A stretch of 64,000 nucleotides of DNA, taken from positions 8,122,001 to 8,186,000 of the forward strand of contig OZ024748.1 of NCBI GenBank assembly GCA_964016885.1, given 5' to 3'. Shown here one piece after another: positions 41,447-57,915 of this stretch; positions within the stretch are counted from its first letter, which is position 1, and each line of letters begins with the position of its first letter. Under the pieces are notes generated by a model that saw only the letters and a list, made by a program, of their open reading frames with translations, made no database searches and had not been told where the DNA came from. The stretch is from Eledone cirrhosa (lineage: Eukaryota). Made by a program: the position numbers and the translations under genes.

Positions 41447-43422
41447 GGAATTTGCTGCAGTTGAAAGTTTTCTCATATATTTGATATCCTTTCATTTTGT
41501 ATATATTTCCATAAAGTCTTATCACATTAATTCCCATCATTACCCAAGGGTTTTATTAGATATATACACTATAAACTCACTTGTTTAAGTGACGGGTATC
41601 TATTTATCTAAAGAGTTCATACTTTGGTTTATACAGCAATAGGTTTTAACATAGAATTATAGAAATAACACTAAAAGGAAATGTTATTTCACTATATATT
41701 TGACTGAAATGTCAATGGAGCAAAACATTTCGTCCTGTACATCCATATTATATCATGAATATTTTATAGTTTTGTAATATACGTGAAGGAGGTTGTCAAC
41801 TCACTTTTACATGCCTACCAAACTAAAAGGATGTGCATTAAAGTTGTTTAGGCGTATTGACAAAATGTTCATAAAACAAATAAAAAAAGTAGGCTTGTTA
41901 GCAACGGAAATCGATTTTTTAGCAACCGTCAAGTCTGTTCCATATGAATAGTTATTACTTTTAATCAAGATATTTGTATGAAATGCTATTTACCAAATAA
42001 TAATGGAATCGGAAGTATAGAAAATATCTTTACTACTTTCAATGGATATTGAGAAATTTACAGAAAAAATTAACTTTCCATTAAAAATGTATTCTTAAAT
42101 TATCTTGATATTTTCAGTGCCCACTATCAGTAAAAATAAAATGTCTACCTTTAAAAGAAGCAACTCCTTAGAAAAAAAAATATTACTCCACCAAATTAAT
42201 GATTGCAATTCAAATGTGCAGCCCAGTTTCTGATCTATTGCAAACCAAACAGGATAGTAGTCAATGTTGAAAACATCACTAACTCTCATTTCAATGGTAA
42301 TAATGTTACCAAGGTAACTGACAGTTGAAGAATAAAAAAAAGTAAGCCGAGGCAAGCGAGATGCAAAGCCATATCATTATTTACGGATATATGATCGGAA
42401 TGTAAAATACAAAAAAACGATATTAAATTGCATAAAACATTGAGAGCTGAGCCAATAAAAAATATACATAATTATCTACGTATTTACTCTGTTAAGACGC
42501 ATGCAGATTATAATTTCAGGCCTATATAAAACGTGTAGAGGCTTTCTTGAACTATGTATTATCAATTATCTTTGTAAATTCCCCGACACTCCTAAATTTA
42601 TCTCCATGAAATACACATAATCTTCAAAACAACCATCTGTTGGGCATTTCTTCCATCATCTTTCTGTGTTTCGCAATAATTCTATCATCGTAAACACCAG
42701 TATCTGTATCATCTATAGATGTATGAAATAATGACGACTGAAGACCTCTCTTTGTTAGTTAGGAAATTGCTTCTTTTTTTAAAAAAAATAAAGAAAGAAG
42801 CTCCTAGGCATAAACAAAGAATATTTATCTAAAAAGCAAGAAAATTGTAAAAGAGAACTTAAGACTAATATAAAATAAATAACATTAGAGATCAATTAAT
42901 GAGCAAAATTGACTGAAAGAGCGGCCATGTTGTGACATATTATCCTACACTTTCCACTGTTATTTGGTTAAAATATTATTTCAATATTGTTTATCGAAAA
43001 CAAACGGAATGTTGACTTGGGAGTTATGTTCAGTTCTATATAATTTCATGGCAAATTGTTATCAACATTTAATCTCAAACTCTACTATTTGGTGGTGGTG
43101 GTGGTGGTGGTGGTGGTGGTGGTGGTGATGTGGAGGTGGGGGTTATATAGAACTAACAAAACATTCAAGTCGTGGATGGATCTGTGTTAGATAATAAATA
43201 ATGTTAAAATTGATTAGATATTATTTTTGTACTATCGATTTTATGACTTTGTAACTGTGTATATACAGTATAGGGTTAATGGAGACTGCGTAAATGTGTA
43301 TATTTTGATCATGCTTTATTTTTATTTTTATTTTTAATTTCATTCGCACCGTTTCCTTTCGCTATATGTCTCTCCACCACTCCCCCTACACACCCTTTGA
43401 ACTCTGTTCCCACACACTTCTC

Positions 43423-43454
43423 ACCCGAGGAAGGGCTTATGCCCGAAACGTCGT
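43423..43454 (+). ncRNA. Minimal PLE-type hammerhead motif with a U4C mutation
   Basis: AC-CCGAGGA-A-GGGC[UUAU]GCCC-GAAAC-GUC^GU, followed by AATAAA and (TA)n. Confidence 0.65.
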
Positions 43455-43580
43455 TCCCCACCACCACCCCACTCTCCAGAGCGTGAAATTAATAAACATT
43501 CGTTGTACTGCCTCTCTGTTTTGTTCCTGTTCAAATTTTTCCATTATATATATATATATATACGGTATATGTATGTATAA

Positions 43581-43640
<60 letters not shown>

Positions 43641-43670
43641 TATATGTATGTATGTATAAATAAATATATA

Positions 43671-43745
<75 letters not shown>

Positions 43746-43747
<2 letters not shown>

Positions 43748-44268
43748 AACGAGTAGGACCCCGACGGCTGAGCTCAATGTTTAGACAAATCACAGAGGCA
43801 ATAAACATAAAGGAATTACAACCAAAATTAAATAGAAAACATGAGTGGAACAGCAACATCACAACTTACAATTAAGGACAAAATGAAAACACACACGCAC
43901 ATAGAACAAACAACCAACCAGTAACATGTAAATAAACAAATAAATAAACGAATATAAACACACACAGACACCAGGATGTAACACATGCGCAAACTAAGCA
44001 CACAACACACACACAAAAAAAAGATGGCGTAGGACAGAACAAAGGAGAGGCACAAAAAACAAAGAAAAGAATCCCCAGTCACTGAAGAGGTCACAGAATG
44101 TGTGACGAAATAACTTTGACAATATATAAACAACCATCTGGTTGTGGAACCAACCAACCAACCGGAAATTTATAAATTCCTAAATTTATAAATTTATAAT
44201 AAATTGAAGTGAAAGCAACTGGTGCGTGTGTTTCTTATTGGCAACATGACCCTCCCAAAGTATAACAA
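43746..44268 (+). mobile_element. 5'-truncated Penelope-like element: GIY-YIG C-terminal remnant, 3' region and HHR
   Basis: 43777-43875 encodes [23 protein letters not shown] (RxxxEAxxI....PxLN motif); HHR GUCA-CUGAAGA-GGUCACA[GAAUG]UGUGAC-GAAA..UU^UGAC at 44078-44120; (TA)n on both sides. Confidence 0.8.
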
Positions 44269-44281
44269 TATATATATACAC

Positions 44282-44314
<33 letters not shown>

Positions 44315-45160
44315 TACATGTATATACATGTATATATTGGGGATATATATTTTTTTTCATTGATACTAGCTGTGGTTATGAAACCTCCATAGTTATTTTG
44401 TTCAAATTTTACAGAAAACCATTAAATACATAATTTCTTTATAAATTGTATCTTTTTTTCTTTCTTCTGCTGCGTTTCTGGCGCTTCTTCGTTCTCATGA
44501 CAGTGAAACATGATTCCGAAAAAGAAAAAAAAAGATACGCTATGGATTGTATGGAAGAAAATAAGCGCCGTAATCCTTAATTTGTTGATAATAGCAGTAA
44601 CTCTCTTCCATCAATGATGTGTTCATTTGAGTAGTTAATTTCCTCCTATCCTATAAAATGTTCTTAAAGTATGACCACAACCCACAGGCTAGAACAGGTA
44701 AAATAATATGGAGTCAATGAGTATAACATTTTTATTTCGAACGAATTCACATCTCCAGTTCCTGTCAGATTTTTTTACACCATTTATTTATATTATTGGA
44801 TCAATTATGGGATCCTACTAAAGTCCTTATTAAACAGTTTCGTTCTTCTAAACCTACTTCGATTTGTTTCCGATATATTTTTCAGTATATCTATTAATAC
44901 AATTGTGTGTGTGTATGATGATATACGTGTGTATATGAATACGTATGTGGGATCATGTGTATGTATTTGTGTGTATGTATTTGTGTGTATGTGTGTGTGC
45001 ATGTGTATGTGTATATATGAGTGTATATGTGTATGTATGTGTATATGTGTGTGTGTGTGTGTGTGCATATATGTGTATATTTGAGTGTATTTATGTGTAT
45101 GTGTGTGTGTTTATGTGTATGCGTGTGTGTATTTCGTTTTCTTCTATCTATCTTAATAAT

Positions 45161-45354
45161 TGTTTCTACTTTTGGCACAAGGCCAGCAATTATGCCAGTG
45201 TATTACTGGCACTTTATTTTTCGACTTTATATTCGACCCCGTAAGGATGAAAGGCAAAGTTAACCTCGGCGGGATTTGAACTCAGTCCGTAAAGGGACGT
45301 AACTGTGCTGCAAATCATGGCGTCCGACCCTCTACCGATACTGCCAATCCACCG
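45161..45354 (-). mobile_element. SINE family A with 15-bp TSD
   Basis: TSD ATCTATCTTAATAAT at 45146-45160 and 45355-45369. Confidence 0.92.
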
Positions 45355-47067
45355 ATCTATCTTAATAATGAATGTTTTTTTTATGAAATATTGTCGAGAA
45401 ACATTTTCCAGTTTGAGTTCATTAAAGAATTTTTCAGATGCCAAGTTTGAAAAGAAAGACTTTTTATGGGTATCGTAGTGATATATATAACTATAAAATC
45501 TAACTTACTCTATTAAGTTTAGATAAACTTTTGCATTAATAGATATATATTTGACATTTTTGTGTGGAGGAAGACATTTTAGCTAAATCATTTACAACAC
45601 TTTCTGAAATCTATGTGGCATCCCTGCAACAAACTTGACAATTTTGCATTTAATATTTTTTTGTATTTATGTAAATTCCTAAGTAACATTTATATATTTG
45701 CATATATGTATAACTTGTCATTTGTATGCATGTAATGTGTGTATGTATGTATAACTACTCGTTTTTTTTGTTTGTTTTTTTGGCTTGTAATGTGTGTATA
45801 TATGTATAACTTGTCATTTATATGCATGTAATGTGTGTATATATGTATAACTTGTCAATTCCAATTAAACGCAATAAACAGATTTGATATATACATTTGA
45901 TGATATGTCATGTATTCATTTGTTTGTTTGTTTTCGTATCAGGGAGCCCGTCAAACCTGATTTTCCCCAGGTCCCCAAAAGCCAGCACTTCTTACAACCT
46001 TTACTCTAATGATTTATATTGTAAATGATATTGAAGTATATGTCTCTATTAGATGCCTGGATGTTGAAACAATGAGAAGAGGTTTGCTTGTATCCAATAC
46101 ATTCGACAGCAGAAACTAGTGAAGTTATGATCAAGTTATTTCATTTGAATATGGTGTGACATATATACAATAGTAAGTTGAAAAACTTCAATTAACTGCG
46201 ACCATTTGTATCATCATCCTCACCACCAACAACTTTTTTATGCTGTTGTTTATTCTCTTTGTCATTATATGAACATGTTTTACTGAAACTCATGAAAAGC
46301 AACCAATTGTCATGTATTTGTTTGAGAACGATAAGATAAAGGTCTCAGGACTGACCTTGCAAAGAAACAAGCAAACAAACTATCGCTGACATCACACTTA
46401 ACAAGGTTAAAGTGAGAAAATTTAATGGTCACAGTTTTGTAATTGTTTCCTCATCCTGACTTAATAAATAGGAAGATTTCTCTGCGAGTAAGCGAACACC
46501 TGGATCTACAGCAATTTTAATTAATGCCATCGATGTCAATGTGGGAATGTTACGTTAAATCTAACAGTGTTTCTTCTATTCAATTACACTAAATATACTA
46601 AAACGAAAACAGATTTACTTTAAAAATCTTCAAGTAACTCTTTTACAATATAACATATTAGCAGAATATGTCACGTTGTTCTAGCGCACTACTGGTAACA
46701 TGTAATTCAGTATAACTTGTTACAGGGTTAACTAAATCGGCAAACCCACAAAGCTTGCTTGGTGAGGAGGGTAATTTTGGGATACCCCGTGGGATGAAAA
46801 CAAACCCTGTCAAAAGGTGGAGGACCTAGGGATAGTCATCGACCATCCAATAGTGTATTAAAAAAGTAAATAGACGGAGCTCATTATCCTTGGTTTTCAG
46901 TCCGTCTAGAAAAAGGATCACTCTGATGAAACTCTTTAATCGTCTTGGTGACAACCTTTCCAGTTGGAAGGATACACATGATGTTGAGTGCTTGAATCTA
47001 ATCGCATCATCATCTACTGATTTGAGTGTTGTATATACAACACTGGTTAGTCAACATCGTATAACAA

Positions 47068-47240
<173 letters not shown>

Positions 47241-48536
47241 TGTACATGTGTGTGTTTGTGTTTATATATAAATCCATAAATGCAAGGTAGAAAAGCTTAT
47301 CAAAACAGTAGAATTAACAAATAATGAAAGACACAAGCAGACATTGAAAAGGTTTTTGACGTAAATACAAGTAAGTCTCTCTGTATGTTAAAGTTAAAGT
47401 GATGTGGTACATGACACCATGTGACTTGTTAATATCTTGAAAGAATTGAGGTCTTAATCTACTGACCCAAATAATTACTTGTCTTGGTATCTTTGTGTAC
47501 GAAAATCAATACGATTGGTACATTTCATTAAATTGTGTCAAGAAATTATATTGCTGGAGGTCTTCATTAAAACCGCTTTTTCAAAATAAGTTCAAAGATA
47601 AAGTATCAAATTATACTGCCATTAAAGGCTAGACAAAGTAAAGATCACATAAGAGCTACATTAGAAAGTTGACATGAAGCCAAAATGGCTAACAGCAACT
47701 TTACTATAAGTAGGAAATGAAATATTTACTTATTTTCATACGCAATTTTCATCTGGAAATCTTATTCAGTCGAAATAATTTAGATAATGAATTTGTAAAT
47801 ATATTTATTATCTTCTATATGTTTAGTCATTAGATGATGGTTTCCTCGGTAACATCGATCCTACATTTTAAAGAAAATAATTTTCTATAACTCTTAGCAA
47901 ATTCTATTGATGGTAAAAGACAAAATATTGATTTTTGTATAAAAGAAAATTTGCTAGAGATATTTAATGAAATTATTGAATATAGAAAAGTGTTTTTAAA
48001 CTTACACAATAGTAAACATTGATTAAGATAAACAAAACCAACCAGAATTTATGAAGGTAGTACACCGAAAATATGGCCATTTTGTTTTGTTGTTATGAAA
48101 TAAGGAATAATTCCAGTAACATCATTTACAGAATGGTTATTGATAATTGATTCTGTATTTTCTACAATTATTCGCAATTAAATTCTTTTATTCACTCCAC
48201 TTCAATTCCTTTTTTTTTTATTTAATATATTCATATTTCAATAATAATTTCTATTATGATTTTCTTTCATTTATTGATATACATTAGTGATTTCAGATTT
48301 AAGTCATATTTAGATTAATAATAACTCACTTTCTTGTCTCTTCTCCATTTATTGTGAACGCTTTTAGTTTCTTTCCCTTCAATTTCTATTCATTTTATTT
48401 TTCTGTTGCTGTTTTTTCTTTCTCTAGTTGCTCGTTTTATGCTTTCAATAGCCTATAGTTCTGTATTTTCTCTTCTAATTTCTTATCTATCATGTCATAT
48501 TATATAATCTGTATATATTGACGTGTTCCGTTCAAC

Positions 48537-49578
<1,042 letters not shown>

Positions 49579-49820
49579 ATATATATATTGGTAACGGAAA
49601 AGAAAATGCTGACAAATTGTTCACAGTGAAAAATAGTTTAATTAGGAATAAGTGAGAATTAGTAATAGTATTGGTTAGTATTCAGTTTTGGTTTTAAGTT
49701 TTACCGGTTGCGCATTTCTAATGCTTTTCAAAAAGGATTTTGAGATAGAGCGTCCGTGATGTTTGCTCTAATCTGTATATATACAATATATATATATACA
49801 ATATATTAATATACAATATA

Positions 49821-49860
<40 letters not shown>

Positions 49861-49864
<4 letters not shown>

Positions 49865-50141
49865 ATATTAATAAATGGAAACTATATTTATAAAACCACA
49901 ATTATTTTATTATATTTTATTATCAAGGGCGACCAAGATAAATTATGGTGCGCTTATTATGCACCATAATTTACCTTGGTCGCCCTTGAAATATATATAA
50001 TAAAATAATTATTGTTTTATAAATATAGTTTCCATTTATTAATATATTGTGTATTTACTCCACTAATCTGTTGAGTGGTTTATATCAGTTATAAAAATGT
50101 TTAAGCTTGTTGAATCCCAACAAATAAAATATAACCTCTGC
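49861..50141 (+). mobile_element. PLE-like fold-back insertion in (TA)n; family of 1835 and 28741
   Basis: Arms 49861-49951 and 49961-50049; tail 50050-50141 homologous to 2011-2104; the fold-back point truncates the HHR. Confidence 0.75.
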
Positions 50142-50162
50142 ATATATATATATATTTATATT

Positions 50163-50273
<111 letters not shown>

Positions 50274-50573
50274 GCATATAACATATATTTAAGCAACGTT
50301 CAAATATTTTCTTCTTTTAAAATATCATATTTTAATTTTAAATATTTGTTCAAATTTATATCTAATTACGATTTCAGAATTAAACTAAATAGAATTCTGT
50401 CAAAGATTTTCCTTTGAAATAAACATTGGTAAAAAAAAAAGTTAACATCCATACTTTGATGAAACTAATTAAAAGTGAACTGTGTGACGGCGTGAGGTTG
50501 GTAGGACATAATGATGTCTATTTGATGTGGCCATATAGTCGAAGACTTACATTACTATAGATAGCATGTCACC

Positions 50574-50653
50574 TCTCTGAATACATCACATCAACGAAAC
50601 AACTGGAACAGAAATGAAGTAATGTAATAGATTTATTAATGACACTGAATATA

Positions 50654-50722
<69 letters not shown>

Positions 50723-50732
50723 GTGTGTGTAC

Positions 50733-50774
<42 letters not shown>

Positions 50775-50784
50775 GTGTGTGTAC

Positions 50785-50837
<53 letters not shown>

Positions 50838-50917
50838 TATATTCAGTGTCATTAATAAATCTATTACATTACTTCATTTCTGTTCCAGTTGTTTCGTTGA
50901 TGTGATGTATTCAGAGA
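50574..50917. repeat. Inverted duplication with 87-bp arms around compound (TA)n/(TG)n
   Basis: Arms 50574-50660 and 50831-50917; further inverted microsatellite blocks to about 51035. Confidence 0.9.
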
Positions 50918-50924
50918 TGTGTAC

Positions 50925-50966
<42 letters not shown>

Positions 50967-50976
50967 GTACACACAT

Positions 50977-51018
<42 letters not shown>

Positions 51019-51142
51019 GTACACACATACAAATATATCTATATATATATATATATATATATGCGTGTCTGTAAATAGACGCGTGTGTATGTATTTTTGC
51101 AGAAAACAAAAATTCTGTGCTTATACTTTTAATCTGTTCAAG

Positions 51143-51217
<75 letters not shown>

Positions 51218-51309
51218 GATTACCGACATACAGACAGAAGTGTTTGTGGATGGATAAATTCATACATATTTACACATTTTTAAGCATACAAAATAATGTA
51301 TCTATGTGC

Positions 51310-51411
<102 letters not shown>

Positions 51412-51579
51412 TGCGTGTGTGTGCAAGAGAGAGAGGGAGAGTGAGAGAGAGAGATGGAGAGAGAGAGAGATTCATAAACTACATGAAAAACAAAAATGAA
51501 TATATTTCCTTTGTGGCATAAATTCATTTATTCTTATTGACAAGTAATGTTGTCTTGGTGGATAGAAGAAATTTATTGG

Positions 51580-51630
51580 TGTTGTTGTTGTTTTTCTTGA
51601 TGTTGTTGTTGTTATTGTTGTTGTTGTTAC

Positions 51631-51664
<34 letters not shown>

Positions 51665-51912
51665 GCTGTTGTTGTTGCTGTTATTACTGTTGTGTTGTTG
51701 TTACTGTTGTTGTTGCTGTTACTGTTGTTGGTGTTAGTTTTACTGCTGTTGTTGTTGCTGTTACTGTTGTTGTTGTTGTTGTTGTTGCTGTAACTGTAAC
51801 TGTTGTTGGTGTTGTTTTTACTGCTGTTGTTGTTGCCTTTTGTTTTCGTTGTTTTTGTTTCTGCTGTAGTTGTTGTTGTAGTAGTTGCTTCTATTGTTGT
51901 TGTTTTTGTTGA
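51580..51912. repeat. Degenerate (GTT)n microsatellite
   Basis: Direct reading. Confidence 0.9.
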
Positions 51913-52204
51913 TTAATACCAGGTCTACTGTGTTTTAGTAAATATGTGATCAAAGACATTCCATCTTCGACCATCTAGCCTTTTATCTCTGACAGCATCT
52001 CTGACATTATACAATCTGTCCTTTGTAAGTTATTTTTATGGAGGTAGTATATGTTTTGAGGGAGATGTGCTACTATTTCTAACATGCCCAACAAGCACGT
52101 TGATGTTCCCTCATTGTAGAGTTGCCAGCTCTTATGTAATGGCTATGTTTTTGTTCATGTTGTTGGTCATGGTGAAGTACAACACTTCTTAGCTTCTACA
52201 TGGA

Positions 52205-52385
52205 ATGGACTTCCGTCAATTTCGACGACGAGTGTTTCGGTGGTTCGATCAGTAGAACAGCCCCCCTCATTAAATTAACGAGCCTGAAGGCCACTGAGCA
52301 TTTTACAGATACGTGTACTATTAGGGTACTTCGAAGGGAGATTCAGCGTGACACAGTGTATGAGACGGTTGACCACTTTTGAATT
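52205..52385 (-). mobile_element. SINE family B 3' part
   Basis: Reverse complement aligns with 26470-26645. Confidence 0.7.
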
Positions 52386-52426
52386 TTCTGTTGATTTGAT
52401 AACGTTTCCTCAGAGCAGAATCATCC

Positions 52427-52539
52427 TGCTCTGAGGAAACGGTAGAAGCAGCATTTGAAAATTGAGTTTCTGCAAATAATTACCAATTTGCACATAGCAT
52501 GATTAGGCTGTATAACTACTGTTGAAACATTTGTAAGCA
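52427..52539 (+). ncRNA. Hammerhead motif with giant stem II; diverged homolog of 59192-59303
   Basis: UGCU-CUGAGGA-AACGGUAG..CUACUGUU-GAAAC-AUUU-GUA^AGCA; within PLE pLTR fragment 52403-52591, which has a small 5' fold-back. Confidence 0.75.
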
Positions 52540-52663
52540 CTCGGAATATATTACCTTTTTTATGATGTCTACCTGTTATTATTCATTCTTTATCTCTCTC
52601 TCTATATATATACAACTTCTCGTGGAAATTCCGTGGTTGTTGACAACTAAGACACAATAATAC

Positions 52664-52694
<31 letters not shown>

Positions 52695-53093
52695 TACAGA
52701 TATTAGCTGAATCTGACACAATACTTACTGTACATATACAATCACACATCACTTCAATGGAGTAATTTATCACGTTCGGGTGGATAGATTAAATAGAAAC
52801 TGGAATTATTTTCATTTGTTTCAACGCCCAATAATAAATAACATTAAAATCATTACATTGTTATATCAATATATTTATTTTTATCATTATATCCTTAGAA
52901 ACATTACGCCTTTAATCATCATTATCATAATTTATGCCACTAATTTAATACTTTATTTATATAGAAGGTTTATAGTAATGTATTTGAACTTTAGTTACTT
53001 AGTTTATTGGTATTAACTACCATAACAATGATCAGTTAATTTCCTAGCCCTAGAGAATGTAACATACAACTTCCCATGACTAATATGTATACA

Positions 53094-53151
<58 letters not shown>

Positions 53152-53356
53152 TTACCACACCACAATACAGATAACATACTTTGTTACACATAACTTTGAT
53201 CGTCACAGGGATGCAAGTTAGTTAGCCTCAACCACACCCATCTTTCAGCTTACCAATACTGGTTGTGGTCAGTAGATCCCTATTACTTTAAATATTTGAC
53301 TGTGCTTTCTTAATTGTCATTGAATTCGCTAATTTAATAGAAAACCTGATGATTTG

Positions 53357-53430
<74 letters not shown>

Positions 53431-54005
53431 TTGCACGAAAATGGCGGTCATATTGAAAAGGGAAAAAACAACTGAGAATTAAATGTGAGCTACGAATATC
53501 GTGGTTATGAATACTATATGCATTAAAAAAAATCACATTCTGAACATCGCTATAACTATTTGAAAATTTAAACTAAGAAATAAACATTGGTTGATTACCT
53601 CAAGAAATAATTTAGAGAACATGTGAAAACAGTTTATCGAAATCAAAATGTGGAAAATGAGTTTTGAAAACAAAAAGATATCGATTTACCCTGAAAACTT
53701 TAGCTATTTAGTATAGCTGAGGAGAAATTAACTTACAATCAACGTGGATTGAATAAAAATTTGATGATAACCGATGGAAACCATTTTGCATGAATCAGTG
53801 AAGTGTCGGAATTGTTATTTCTGACTAGAAATATATTTATATTTAATGAGTTGCACACCAACCAATAAACCATTAAACAGGCCTACTTCGCCTACTTCGC
53901 AACAGTTTTAATCGAATCTAAAATATATAAACCTACTCGAGCAAAACGAAATATTTTGGTCAAGTATAATATAACATGTTTGTAATTTGTATATATAATT
54001 ATATC

Positions 54006-54067
<62 letters not shown>

Positions 54068-54070
54068 ATG

Positions 54071-54102
<32 letters not shown>

Positions 54103-54252
54103 AGTGATAGTGTGTACGCCTGCATGTGTCTGTGCTTGTGGGTGTTTGTATGTTCGTATGTATGTGTGTATACGTATGTGTCTGTCTCTGTGTGGGCGCG
54201 CGTATATGTGTGCGTGTGTGTGTGTGTGTGTGTCTGTGTGTGCGTGTGTGTG

Positions 54253-54345
<93 letters not shown>

Positions 54346-54559
54346 ATTGAATCGTATAAAAGAAAGCATTTAGTACACATAGATATTCGTTTTCTGTCTA
54401 CAGAAATATCTTTTAGTAGTTATTATTAAATCCTTTTAATTAAGTAATATTCCTGGCCAGTGGTGTTTCCCGAATGAACGCAACTCATGCTAGATACACC
54501 TTAGATATAAAGACGGACGGATACGATGAAGAGGTCCTATAGTAGTAGAATTATATCAA

Positions 54560-54945
54560 TTTCAATAGACATAGCTGGAAATAGGGTACAATACATGGTA
54601 TATATAGTCTACTGGCTTTGTGTTTCGGATACCTAAGTATGGAATGTTACGCGATGGGTCCTCCCCCACAGCCCCGGCGGACAGGATGGAGAAGGCGTTC
54701 CCGCGGAGGTAGACGCGCAAGGTAGACGCGCTGGAAAAGCCGCTCCAACTCGCGGGGCTCACACCTGCGGCTGGCCAGCTCAGCACCTATGGTGGTGAGT
54801 AGGGAGGTAGCCCTGGGGCCGAGGACACCAGAAGTCTCCACTGCCAGAGGTACAACCGCAAACCTGTCGGAGAGCGACTGGTATTTGAGGAGCGTGGCCT
54901 CCTCAGCCTGACATGCAGCAGAACCTGGGTTAGTGGCAGACAATG
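54560..54945 (-). mobile_element. CRE-like non-LTR retrotransposon 3' fragment (RLE C-terminus)
   Basis: GC-rich island; PGSAACQAEEATLLKYQSL..VPLAVETSGVLGP..EPRE..LFQRV..RGNAFSIL; frameshift beside a small duplication. Confidence 0.8.
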
Positions 54946-55621
54946 GTTTACAAACATTTCATGTTATCGTCTGCTCATCGAGAAAATATGGAAACTAAAA
55001 ATAAGTTCAAACAATTATAAAAGGTAAAATATTGATACACGAAGAAAATATTATGGAAGCCTTGAAACATAACTCAAAATTTACTGTGATGAAAATATCA
55101 GCATAATCCTAGATTTACAGAACATTTCCCGAAAAGAATGTTTCTCTATATTAACTAAACATTATGTTCCGATATATTTTATAAATTGGGAAATGATTCC
55201 AAGTTCCGTTGGGTAGCTTTTCATAATCTATTGAACCTTGTCACATCATTCTTCGAAAAATATGGATTTACATGGCAATCTGTGAAATAGTTACAAAACA
55301 TCTCACAGATGGAATGAAAAATATCGATTATTTTCATGCTATATATTTTGAAAAAGGCAGAAAAGATATAGAACCACAACATAATCGAATGATACATTTA
55401 ATATATTTATTGTACAACTATATTTGTGAGTTGTGTATAATATTTTTGAAACTCACATACATCTATTTACTTACATCATAAGTAAATATATGATATATGA
55501 CCTCGAAAATTGATACAGAAGAGGGACAAAAAATGTTGTACGATAAATAATTTACATATTTTTAGACAACTTTATGGAACATATTTTCTAAAAACAAATA
55601 TGAACTCAAATATTATATATT

Positions 55622-55835
55622 GGTTTCTACTTTTGGCACAAGGTCAGCAATTTATGGGGGGAGGGGAATATCGATTATATCAACCTCAGTATGTAACTGG
55701 TATTTTATTTTTTTATCGACCCCGGAAGAATGAAAGGATAAGTTAAGCTCGGTGGAATTTGAACTCAAAATGTAAAGAACTGCAACTGAAGCCACAATGT
55801 TGTCCGATACTCTGACGATTATACTAATCCACCAT
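55622..55835 (-). mobile_element. Diverged SINE A copy
   Basis: Match to SINE A consensus. Confidence 0.8.
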
Positions 55836-56084
55836 CCTTCAAGTATTGAATATTGAGATTAGTTCAACGTTTCAAAGATTTGTTTTCTTATATAAATCCA
55901 ACCAATATATATTTATCAACCAATAAATCATTTCTCGTTGTAGCAGAAAATATGTTATTCATGAGAGCAATGTGGAGTTCTTATCATTCTGTTGAGATGT
56001 TTATGATGTTCATATGAGGAATTACTTCAGTGTTACTTCCTTGTATGAAGTAACGTTTCTGGTTTAGCAATGTCGAGCATTACA

Positions 56085-56455
56085 GAGATGATAGGTTCAC
56101 TCCAGGTAGAGCCGCTACTTCTCCGAATGGAAAGAATCGCTGGAGAGTTGCTCCAGGTAGAGCCACTATTTCTCTCCCCGAATCAAGAGATCATAGCTCC
56201 GATACTATGGACATGTGGTTAGAATGTACAAGGAAAGAATCATCGCTGGACAGATTTTACGGGCACAAAGCCAAACGAGGGAAAACCAAGAGTTAGACCC
56301 GAGTAAGATGGTTGTATTACATCCATGGATTTGACTTGTCTCGCTTGGCGATTCAAGGAGATCAACTAGAGATCGTTCCTTCTGATAGAACCCTGTGGTA
56401 GGCTTGTCTTAAAATTTTGCCTTCACGATCCTCCAGTAGGAGGGGGGAAGAAGAT
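56085..56455 (+). mobile_element. RTE-clade LINE 3' fragment
   Basis: LQVEPLLLRMER..LRYYGHVVRM..ER; homologous to 34425-34651. Confidence 0.8.
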
Positions 56456-56712
56456 CAACAACTAAACCATTGTATAACATAGAAGGCCGAAGAGCAACCT
56501 GAAATAGTTCAAAATGAATTATTATATAATAATTCTAATCTTTCAAGTATATATATATAAGTCTTTTCCATTGCTATACGAGTAAAAACAAGTATTCAGA
56601 ACTGTACATGTTCAATGGCGTTAGATTATTGTCTGCTAGTATCTATTCAGAAAAGAAAAAAATTCCCTATAATTCCATAGTTAATGTTCTGATTCAAATA
56701 TATATAATTATT

Positions 56713-57385
<673 letters not shown>

Positions 57386-57755
57386 GGAAAAAATGAAATT
57401 TCATTTCTCACTCTTAGTACGGCTGATACTTAAATATAAATATGTATACGTACATACATATATGTATACAGACGTACAGTAGTATGTATATACATACATA
57501 CATGTACACACATATATATATATATATGTACGTATGGGTTTACCGAACATTTATTATAATGTTCGGTTTGTTTGTAAACAAACAGCCCCAATTAAGCCGT
57601 ACAGTGTTCGGAAACCATCGTTGCCCTTTTGTTCAACACTGACAAAGGAACGATGAACCAGTTTCTAGCTTATTAGCTGTCATCAACACCGTATATACAT
57701 ACTACTGTACGTCTGTACGTCTGTATACATATAAGTATGTACGTATACATACTTA

Positions 57756-57760
<5 letters not shown>
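57386..57760 (-). mobile_element. Second locus of the 13.4-kb HHR mini-element, in fold-back form
   Basis: Closely similar to 13756-14255 without the SINE; HHR at 57651-57691 (C3U); about 57692-57760 is an inverted copy of about 57431-57492. Confidence 0.8.
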
Positions 57761-57832
<72 letters not shown>

Positions 57833-57915
57833 AATGAATAATAACAGGTAGACATCATAAAAAGGTAGTTTATTCCGTGTGCTTACAAGTGTTTCCACGG
57901 TGGTACTGCAGCCTT

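Noticed and set aside
40244-41540. His/Thr-rich ORFs of 402-410 aa
   Set aside because: Pentanucleotide satellite, open in several frames
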